Made by a program: the position numbers and the translations under genes. 64,000 bases of DNA from contig NC_042999.1 of assembly GCF_006345805.1 (NCBI RefSeq), forward strand, positions 2,728,001 through 2,792,000. The letters are read 5' to 3'. Below, one piece after another: positions 36,561-46,843 of this stretch; position 1 is the first letter of the stretch, and every line of letters starts with the position of its first letter. Origin of the DNA: Octopus sinensis. Lineage: Eukaryota. The notes below the pieces were generated by a model, which had not been told where the DNA came from, ran no database searches, and saw only the letters and a program-made list of their open reading frames with translations.

Positions 36561-37716
36561 TATATATATGCACACATATATACATGCATGCATATATAAA
36601 TATAAGTATATATAAATAGAGATATAGATAGACAGGCAGTTTGATAGATAAATTGACAGACAGGCAGTTAGATAGATAGATAGATAGATAGATAGATACA
36701 TAGATACATAGACAGGCAGTTAGATGGATAGATAGTTAAATAGATAGGCAGATAGTCACACAGTTAGATGGATAGATAGATAGACAGACAGTTAGGTGTG
36801 TAGGTTGGTAGGTACGTATGTACATAAGCAGGCAGATAGACAGAAGACAGACAGACAGACAGTCAGACTGATTGATAGACAGATGTAGACAGGTAACTTA
36901 ATAGATATTGATTGATGGATATATATATTCACACAAGCATGCATAGTTACATACATGCACACATACATACATATATTTCTGCATGCATGTACATATGTAC
37001 ACACATGCATACGTGCTTACATACATGCTCGCATACATGCACACATACACAGAGACAGAAAGAGCCGTCTTTATGCATGGCAGTGTCTTAATATCTGGAT
37101 ATCGATTTTTGCATTATATATCATAATAATAAGTGACATATATACAATAGCTAATATTGCTGATTTATCACACAGCATTGTGCAGTTGTCATTCTTTCTT
37201 AGAAAGAAATTTTAAAGAGACTAAAGTCACACACTGTTATCATCTAAAGAAATGAAGCACAGAAGGTTTCCAATTACATAAATGATTCGTATGGCCTACT
37301 GCAAAAACTGAAATATGTTTGTGTCATAAGTTCAAATTTCTTCTCAAATATACAGATTAAAAGAGCCATTTTTACAATATAGTGAGTTGTAACAACTTCA
37401 AAATGTTTTAATACTTTGTGTCTTTGAGTTTGATACTTGTACATAAAAAGAGCAATTAATCTGTCTGGAATTTATTTTGATCTGCCGTTGAAATTAAACG
37501 AGACTGTTGCTGACATTATGTTCAAGGTTCAAAACCTCTGCTATGTTGTATTATACAGAAACGCTTTTTAATTGAATATAACACATGAAAATAGAGTGAA
37601 TCGATCAATGTTGCTGTTATAATAAATACATATACATGTCAATGTATGTGTGTGTGTGTGTATATATATATATACACACAACAACAACACACATATATAT
37701 ATAGAAATATACACCT

Positions 37717-37749
<33 letters not shown>

Positions 37750-37858
37750 GGCCTGCTCACTTAGCCAGCGGGGTGGCATCGTTTGAAGGCTAAAACAATG
37801 CAAAGCACATTGTGACCAGCAATGTGTAGCAACATTTGATAGCCTGGTCGGTCACATG

Positions 37859-37890
<32 letters not shown>

Positions 37891-38394
37891 TAATGAATAA
37901 TTCATGTGATACTGACAGATTTCAGACTTAATTAAGCAGGCCTATAATGAGAAACAGCTCAACCCTTAGCAGCCCTCCTCTTTTCTTTTTTTTTTTTTTT
38001 TGTAAACCAGAAACGAAATTGCACTTTATATACTTAAGGTGGTTGGACATGATTTTAGGAAAATTTGTGTGCTATTTCTAACAGTTCAGGTGACTGCTTT
38101 CTTTTCAATTCTTATTATTATTGTTGTCTTGTAGACTCAGGCTAGTCTTGAGCAAGCAAATCAATCCCACTTGTAGCCATCTAGTCTTTCTTTTTATTTA
38201 TCATATTTATGTTTTGGAGAGGAGAAGCTCCTTGCTTTTTAATTCTGGTGAAAATATTTAATATGTAATTTTTGAAATTCTGTATAATGGTTTTCTTTGA
38301 CAATAACATCTCTATTCATTATGATTACATCTTGGCAGATTCAAATATGGATATCTGGTCACTGTCGTTTTTTTTATCATCAAAGGTCCTTAGT

Positions 38395-39030
38395 GACCCT
38401 GTCAGCACTGGTGCTATGTAAAAAGCACAGATGATCATGCCACATAAAAAGTACAGGTGCTAGTACCACATAAAATGACACTAATGCTCATTCTGGAGGT
38501 GCAATGGCCCAGTGGTTAGGGCAGTGGACTCGTGGTTGGAGAATCGCTGTTTCGATTCCCAGACTGGGCGTTGTGTGTGTTTATTGAGCGAAAACACCTA
38601 AAAGCTCCACGAAGCTCTGGCAAGGGGTTGTTGTGACCCCTGTTGTACTCTTTTGTCACAACTTTCTCTCAGTCTCTCTTCCTGTTTCTTGAGTAACGTT
38701 GCAATAGACTGGCGTCCCGTCCAGCTGGGAGGAACACATACACCACAGAAACCAGGAAAACAGGCCCATGAGCCTCGCTAGGCTTGAAAAGGGTGAAAAG
38801 AAAATGCTCATTCTACGTCAAAAGCAGTGGTGTTGGTTCCACATAAAAGCACCTGTGCCACTACTGCATAAAAGCACCCAGTACACTCTGTAAAGTGGTT
38901 GGATTTATGAAGGGCATCTAGCCACAGAAACTATATCAAGGCAGACAATGGAACCTGGTGTGGCTTCTGACCTTGCCAGCTCCTCTCAAACTGTCCAACC
39001 CATGCCAGCATGGGAAACAGACGTTAAATG
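38395..39030 (+). mobile_element. RTE 3' UTR copy interrupted by a family D SINE
   Basis: AAAAGCAC modules and CCATGCCAGCATGGGAAACAGACGTTAAA tail. Confidence 0.7.
38495..38802 (+). mobile_element. SINE family D with 12-bp TSD
   Basis: AATGCTCATTCT at 38483-38494 and 38803-38814; TGGCCCAGTGG A-box, GTTTCGATTCCC B-box. Confidence 0.88.
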
Positions 39031-39614
39031 GCAGTGATGAGAGAACATCTCGATCATGTAAACAATGTGTGTTCATAACATGTGCAATTAACCAGTGTAA
39101 GGGGACTTCGAGATACTATGGGATTTCAAACTAATTGCGTTTGTTCTCAGCCAAATCAAATGATTCTAACAAAAGCACAAGCTTTTGTTTACAGTAATTA
39201 GTAAACCGAGATTTTGCTGAGGCATGTTGATGTCCGCCAAACAGATAATAATTCATGGGGTGCACACAGAGCAGCAAGAATACAAACAATAACTTGGGGG
39301 AATACAGAATTTTGGTGCCTGAGATAATAGACCTCTTTTTAAGTAAGCTTTGATTGCTTTTCTAAATATGTTTCACCCCTAATCGTTCTGTATACAAACG
39401 ATTTGGCACAAAGATTGATAATTACGAATCATTGTTATTGCATCCTGGATAAAAAGAAATGACTTCAGGCGAGAAGAATATGTTTATTTGTGATTAAATT
39501 GCATCCATAGAATGAGATAATAGCGAAACAAGAGTATCAAGTTATTGATACAATGTTAATTTACTCAGCTGTCTCACAAAAGCAGTGTTTTAGTGTCTCC
39601 CTGTGGTGAGTTAC

Positions 39615-39870
39615 CCCACACAGTCATGTTGAATGATCCAGTAGTAATTCGCCATCATATGGATATTCCAGTGTCCATGGCAATCTTTCTTCCATAGTTT
39701 GTAAACCTTGGAAGAATCGTTCACCCTATACATCACTTAGGTCACTTGGAGTGTTTTGCAGATAACTCAAGGTTGTCTTTAAAACAATCCAAGTGATTAC
39801 CCAGGTAGTGTTTTGATGTTCATATCACAGCCAAGTTGACAGAAAGAAGAGCGCATATTCTCCCAATATT
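39615..39870 (-). mobile_element. Decayed DNA transposase C-terminus (Chapaev3/CMC-like)
   Basis: QLGCDMNIK..YLGNHLDCF and DLSDV*GERFFQGLQTMEER..HWNIHMMANYYW, resembling the HSHLD..GERFHQDI..MMADYCW motif; superfamily recalled, not verified. Confidence 0.6.
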
Positions 39871-40055
39871 ACAAATTATGTGTATTGTTACTTATAATTA
39901 AAAAAAATAACATTGTTTCGTTTTTGTATTTGGTTTACAAGATTCTTTATGTGAATTCACTTGTTGAAGTATATTTTATTGTATCTGTGGAGATTAATTC
40001 TCTTTCAGGGCCTTAACTCTGATAATGGACAGTCAATGACTACTGTATGTCTTTG

Positions 40056-40478
40056 AGGGTCCTACGAAGAAAGGCTGAGGACGCTCGACCTTTATTCTCT
40101 TGAAAAACGCCGCCGCCGTGGTGATCTCATTCTCGCCCACAACATCATAAGCGGAAAGTGTAACCTCTCGAAAGAGCTGTTCTTCACTCCTGCTCCAGAG
40201 CGTCGACTGCGGGGTCATTCCGAAAAGCTCTACTTGCGACGATTTCATCTCAATCGAAGGAGGGGAGCTTTCTCCGTCCGGGTTGCAGATCCGTGGAACA
40301 AGCTGCCAGACGAGATGGTGAAGATGCCGACGACCGCTTTGTTCAAAGCCTCCCTTGACCTCAAGTGGCCTGAACTCTTTACATGAACACCACCCTGTAC
40401 TTAACTCAATGTCCCCCTACATGGCCTTGCTATTTGCTTTTGAGCCAAATTAACTAACTAACTAACTAACTAACTACT
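40056..40478 (+). mobile_element. Young 5'-truncated CR1 LINE 3' end with (AACT)n tail
   Basis: Uninterrupted frame 40060-40386: SYEERLRTLDLYSLEKRRRRGDLI...LRGHSEKL...FSVRVADPWNKLP...; short 3' UTR; TAAC repeats. Confidence 0.93.
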
Positions 40479-40530
40479 GAAAAGGTTGCAAATTGTAACA
40501 AATTTTTTTAAATAAATAGATAACTAAATA

Positions 40531-40940
40531 GGCGCAGGAGTGGCTGTGTGGTAAGTAGCTTGCTAACCAACCACATGGTTCCGGGTTCAGTCCCACTGTG
40601 TGGCATCTTGGGCAAGTGTCTTCTGCTATAGCCCTGGGGCGACCAATGCCTTGTGAGTGGATTTGGTTGACGGAAACTGAAAGAAGCCTGTCGTATATAT
40701 GTATATATATATATATATGTGTGTGTGTGTTTGTGTGTCTGTGTTTGTCTCCCTAGCATTGCTTGACAACCGATGCTGGTGTGTTTACGTCCCCATAACT
40801 TAGCGGTTTGGCAAAAGAGACCAATAGAATAAGTACTGGGCTTACAAAGAATAAGTCCTGGGGTCGAGTTGCTCGACTAAAAGTGGTGCTCCAGCATGGC
40901 CACAGTCAAATGACTGAAACAAGTAAAAGAGTAAAGAGTA
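40531..40940 (+). mobile_element. Full-length SINE family B
   Basis: Complete head, microsatellite and tail. Confidence 0.92.
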
Positions 40941-41856
40941 AAATAAATGGAAATCGAACTGGTGAGTGTGTTAAATAATAAGGCACTAAAAGTGAATGAC
41001 TCTCCCCAGACACAATAAAACATTTTATTAGTTTTAGTAATTTTGATATATGTTGTTCTCACATTAGCACACCGGGCGAAATGCTTAGCAGTATTTCATC
41101 TGTCTTTAATCGACTTAATCCTTTTGTCTGTCCTTGTTTGTCCCTTTATGTTTAGCTCCACAGGGGGCAATAAATAAATGTATAGTAGAAGACACTTGCC
41201 CAAAGTATCATGCAGTGGAACTGAACCCGGAACCATGTGGTTGAGAAGCAGGCTCCTTAACACACAGCCCTAACTTTAAATCCCGTAGAGGTCGACATTG
41301 CCTTTCATCCTTTCAAGGCAGATAAAATAAAGTACGAGTCAAATACTGATTTTGATGTAAACATCTTTCCCCCTCCCCTCAAAGTTATTTGGAAGAATCG
41401 TTAATGTGTCAGAAAAGAAAAACAAACCTTTGGCACCATTTGTTCCAGTTCCTTATGCACTGAGTTCAGATACCTACAAGATCAACTTTGCTTTTCGTTC
41501 TTTTGGGCTCGATAAAATAAAGTACTACTGAAATGGAGTTGTACTGGAGTTGATAATAACGTCTAACCCCTAAAATCGTTAGTGCTGTTGCTCCACTAAA
41601 TTTGCTAGCCTTGTGCTCTCAGAATCAGTAGCCCAACAGATATAATGCTTAGTGGCATTTTGTCCATTTTTACATTCTGAGTTCAATTTCCACTGAGGTC
41701 AACTTTGGCATTTATCTTTCTGGGGTCAATAAAATAAGTACCAGTTGAGTATTTGGGTCAATGTAATTGATTTTGCCCTCCTCCGAAATTTCAGGATTTG
41801 TACCTGCAGCAGAAAAGAATATTATCATTGTTGCTGCTGTTATTATTGTCCTTATT

Positions 41857-42255
41857 ACTCTTTTACTTGTTTCAGTCATTTGACGGCGGCCATGCTGGAG
41901 CACTGCCTTTAGTCAAGCAAATCGACCCTGGGACTTATTCTTTGTAAGCCCAGTACTTATTCTATCGGTCTCTTTTGCCGAACTGCTAAGTGACAGGGAC
42001 GTAAACACACCAGCATCGGTTATCAAGCAATGCTAGGGGGACAAACACAGACACACAAACACACACACACACATATATATATATACATATATACGACAGG
42101 CTTCTTTCAGTTTCCGTCTACCAAATCCACTCACAAGGCATTGGTCGGCCCGGGGCTATAGCAGAAGACACTTGCCCAAGATGCCACGCAGTGGGACTGA
42201 ACCCGGAACCATGTGGTTGGTTAGCAAGCTACTTACCACACAGCCACTCCTGCAC
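41857..42255 (-). mobile_element. Full-length SINE family B
   Basis: Near-identical to 20343-20760. Confidence 0.92.
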
Positions 42256-42714
42256 CTTGATTGATCCATTAATTTTCAAAATCATGTTAGTATTAATTTC
42301 GTAAATGAAATCTATATTTTATCAGCATTAAAATCATCCAATTTCTTTATTAGGTGATGACTTTATGTAATTCAGAATATGAATTAACTAGTAAAAGGTT
42401 TATAGCTTTTTTAATGAGAGACCAACTGAAACGTGACTCAACTTTTCTTTCTCTTTTAATTCATTTTACTAAGTTTATATTTATTTTTATATTCTACAGT
42501 GAAAACAGATTTCTTCAATTTTGGTGCATCATTTTTGAAATTGGTCTTGTCATATTTTCTTACAAAAGCTTTTCTGATTTAATTTTTCAACTCTATTCCA
42601 ATCTTTTGCTGTTAAAGCTGACTTTTATAACCTGGTTTTGTCATCATCATCATCGTCGTTGTTGTCATCATCCTCATCGTCATATTAGCATCTTACTGTA
42701 TTTGGTAAGATCGG

Positions 42715-42924
42715 TTTCAAATATTGGCACAAGACCAGCAAATGTTGGGAGGGGGTAAATCGATTACACTGACCCCCAGTGCATAACTGGTACTTATTTC
42801 ATCAACCCTGAAAGAATGAAAGGCAAAGTCAATCTCAGTAGAATTTGAACTCAGAATGTGAAGACAGACGAAATACCGCTAAGCCTTTTGCCCGGCGTGC
42901 TACCAATTCTGCCAGCTCATCACC

Positions 42925-42925
<1 letters not shown>
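42715..42925 (-). mobile_element. SINE family C
   Basis: Homologous to the other family C copies. Confidence 0.85.
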
Positions 42926-42962
<37 letters not shown>

Positions 42963-42964
<2 letters not shown>

Positions 42965-43097
42965 GCAGCAGCACTGCTCAGAACCACTTGAATACTCCGG
43001 ATGGTTCTTGAAAAATAAGGGGTGTTACCTTAGTTCACTGGTAGTGAACAGCTGACACCATAGTACGTATCCAACGTTAGAAGCTGTGCAAAGACAA
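42963..43097 (+). mobile_element. R4/Dong extreme 3' end (subfamily of 12567-12885) in (TAA)n
   Basis: TTACCTTAGTTCACTGGTAGTGAACAGCTGACAC shared with 12816-12850. Confidence 0.8.
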
Positions 43098-43119
43098 TAA
43101 TAATGATGATAATAATAAT

Positions 43120-43332
43120 CCTTTCTACTAGAGGTGCAAGGCCTGAAATTTGGAGGGAAGGGACTAGTCGATTACACTGATCCTCAGTACGCAACTGGTA
43201 CCTAATTTATTGACCCCAAAAGAATGCAAGGCAAAGTCGACCTCGGCAGAATTTGAACTCAGGACGTAACGATAGGCGAAATACTGATAAGCATGTCGTC
43301 CAGCATGCTAACAATTCTGCCAGCTCACTGCC
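43120..43332 (-). mobile_element. SINE family C
   Basis: Homologous to the other family C copies. Confidence 0.85.
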
Positions 43333-43539
43333 TTCATAATAATACTTTAATGTCCATTTTCCCTCTGGCATGGGTCGGATGGTTTAATAGGAGCTGACAA
43401 ACAGGCTTCAAGTGCCTGCCTTGGCTTGTTTCTACGGCTAGATGCCCTTCCTAATGCCAACCACTTTACAGGGTGTACTAGATGTTTTTATGTTGCCCCA
43501 GCACAGGTGCTTTGTACAGGACACCAGCACAGGTGCTCT

Positions 43540-43940
43540 ATGTTTGCTTACGAACCACTGGTTCCAGATACAGTCCCACTGCGTGGCACTTTGAGCAAGT
43601 GTCTTCTACTATAGCCTCGGGCCGACCAAAGCCTTGTGAGTGGATTTGGTAGTTGGAAACTGAAAGAAGCCCATCATATATATATGTATGTATATATATA
43701 TATGTGTGTGTGTGTATGTATGTTTGTGTGTCTGTGTTTGTCCCCCCCAACATCGCTTGACAACCGATGCTGGTGTGTTTACGTCCCCGTAACTTAGCGG
43801 TTTGACAAAATAGACCGATAGAATAAGTAACAAGTACTAGGCTTACAAAGAATAAGTCCTGGGGGGTCGATTTACTCGACTAAAGGCGGTGCTCCAGCAT
43901 GGCCACAGTCAAATGACTGAAAATTGTGAAAAGAGTAAGT
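43540..43940 (+). mobile_element. SINE family B (head clipped by an adjacent RTE UTR fragment at 43345-43540)
   Basis: Body and tail are intact. Confidence 0.85.
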
Positions 43941-44289
43941 ATGTATAAATATATGTTGCTATGTCTATGGTGAGTGGAGCTTCAGTCTTTTTCACAATCA
44001 TATTTGTGTAATTATGTATAAACTTTAGATCTTTTCTGTACTAGGTTTACACTGATATAATCTCTAACAAAATATCTACAGTAAGCTTCAAATAACTCAT
44101 TAAAACCTAAATGTTGTTTACTTCCATTGAAAATATTTCATATTATTAAGTTTCAACTAAATTCCTTTGTTTAATTCAATATTTTAAAATCTGTTTACGT
44201 ATATTACTAAATTACCTGCTTAATTCTTTTATTTCATAAAAATTCGCAAAAAAAAATTTTGTTCATTTGATGTTTAAACAATTAGCAAG

Positions 44290-44331
44290 ACATTTTCTAT
44301 ATATGAGTATGTACGTATGTAAGTATACATA

Positions 44332-44363
<32 letters not shown>

Positions 44364-44807
44364 CACACACACATGTACACACATATATAATACACATGTA
44401 TATCTGTATCAATGTATATAGATGCACATACGCAGACATATCTATATACATACATATGTACTTATACATATACATGCATATATGTATATACATATATATA
44501 TATAGTTATGTGAATGCATATATATATATATATACAGACACTTGCAGAGATATACACACATGCATACGCACACACACAGTCACATCTATACATGTATACA
44601 TTTGCATATACATGTACAGATATACATCTGTACGCGTGTGTGTATATGCATATATACATGTGTATCGATTTATATAAATATATATACATATATATGTGTG
44701 TGTGTATTTATATATATATATATACATATTTGTGTATATAGATTTATATATACTTATATATATATGCATATATATATGTGTGTATATATATGTATATATA
44801 TATATGC

Positions 44808-44847
<40 letters not shown>

Positions 44848-44997
44848 TATGCGTGTATAGATATGTGTGCGTGTATTTATATTATATATTTGTATATCTA
44901 CATTTATATATATATGTATATGCATATATATATATGTATATGCATATATATATGTATATATATATGTGTGTGTGTGTATATATATATATAAGCATAT

Positions 44998-45041
<44 letters not shown>
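44290..45041. repeat. (TA)/(CA)/(TG) microsatellite tract
   Basis: Seen directly. Confidence 0.9.
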
Positions 45042-45047
<6 letters not shown>

Positions 45048-45154
45048 TCGGGGTGAGTACTTGATAATTATAAGCACCTGTGTATACCGTTTAGTGGTGT
45101 AGGTGGTGGAGTAAATTGATCAAAATAAAATAAAAACATGATGCGAAGGATTCA

Positions 45155-45232
45155 GCGGTACATATGTTTCGGGCCTTTATTAGACAGATTTATAACAATG
45201 CATAATGTATGTCTGTGGCCTTCTTCAGCCGC
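45155..45232 (-). ncRNA. Type I hammerhead ribozyme in the Penelope 3' region
   Basis: GCGG-CUGAAGA-A-GGCC ACAGA..UCUGU..GGCC-C-GAAAC AUAU GUA-CCGC; canonical core; predicted cut between 45159 and 45158. Confidence 0.78.
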
Positions 45233-46843
45233 GCACAACAGCTTCCACAAGGACATGTGTTACATCAAAAATTCTTGGTTGGGGATGCAAATCCTCTCAT
45301 TCACGTACGACATAATGCGGCAGCAGCATAGAATTGAAGCGTCCATCTCTTTCTTCTCTCAATGTAGAATGAGGAAAATTGGATGTTGAGGTAATGTAAA
45401 TAAATAAATACATATATAGAGGTGAAGATGGAGGGGCGAGAGTTCGGGACGAGGGGTAAAAAATGTATAAAAAGTGTAAGTATAGAATAATATAAAAATG
45501 TAGAGGATAAAGATATAAAGAGTTGTAAGGAGATGTAAAGGGGGTATAAAGAAATATAAATAAATGTAAAGGCATAAGGTTATAAAGTAAAAATAGAAAT
45601 GGAAATAAAAGTAAAAAAACCTGATAAAAACATGATAAAAGTGTAAAAGAATGTAAAGATAAGGGATGTGTAGAGGTTACGGACCAAGCATGGTGGTCAG
45701 GAGATTGATAAAATTTAGTTGTAGAATTGTCAGTAAATCAACAGTTTCGTCTGGGGGCCTAATGCGTTGTAAATCAGAGCTGATGAGCATTTAATCTGGT
45801 TCCTTGAATTAAATGGACTTCTAGTACATACATATCATCATGGATACATACACCCACATACACGCGTACCTATAAGCCTCCAAGCTTATAAGCATACACA
45901 CGCACTCGCGTGTAAACACGTACATAAACACACACGCACCCACACGCACGCGCGTACACACACATACATACAACAACAGAATATCCGCATGTATACACGA
46001 ACATTATATGCGTACACACTCACATGTATATACGCGCGCCCATCATTACATACACACACGTATATGCCCACGCCTCTAGGTCTAGGTATAAGATATTAAA
46101 GGATGTGTATAAGAACGTATGTAAAGAATCCCGTACTCATGTCTATACGTGCACGCACACACGGCTGTGTGTACGTATGTGCGTGCACATATACACTCAT
46201 ATACACACACAGAGACACACGCGCACATGGGTATAGCTATAAGATATCGAAGTATGCATGTACATATATGCGTGTGCATATGTATGTATGCGTATACACA
46301 CGTACGCGGTCGGTCGTATAGTCAAAAAGTGGATCCATAGGTAAGTAAATAAACATATATGGAGGTGTAAAGCGATAAGTTATGGGTAAGAATGAGGGTA
46401 AGGGTAAAGATTAGAAATAAAAAATACAGTATAAAATAAGAAATACAATGTAATAGTTAGAAGTAAAATATAAGAATTATAAAAATTATAAGAGTTAAGG
46501 TAAGGGATGAAAATAAAAATGAGAATAAATGGAAGTAGAATAAAAGTAAAAATAAAATTAAAAATAAAAATAAATGGAAGTAGGATAAAAGTAAAAATTA
46601 AAATAAAAGTACACATAAAAATGAAAATAAAATAAAATAAGATAAAAATATAATTTGGTAAAGTTTAACATGAGATGAAGGTGGTTGAAAGTTAGAGGTG
46701 TGTGTTAAACGTAGGGGCGGGCGGGGGGAACTGAAAATTGGAAGGGTGGGAATTCAACATCCGAGTTAGAAATGTGAAAGGGTATAGATATAGGGAATTA
46801 AAGAGACTACATAGGGAGGATATGGGTGTAGGAGAAGAAATAT

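Noticed and set aside
45740-45825. Second hammerhead candidate in the Penelope 3' region
   Set aside because: The plus strand has CUGAUGA and a good stem but no GAAA. The minus strand has GAAAC and stems, but the core reads CUCAUCA (G5 and G8 lost). Neither strand gives a full core.
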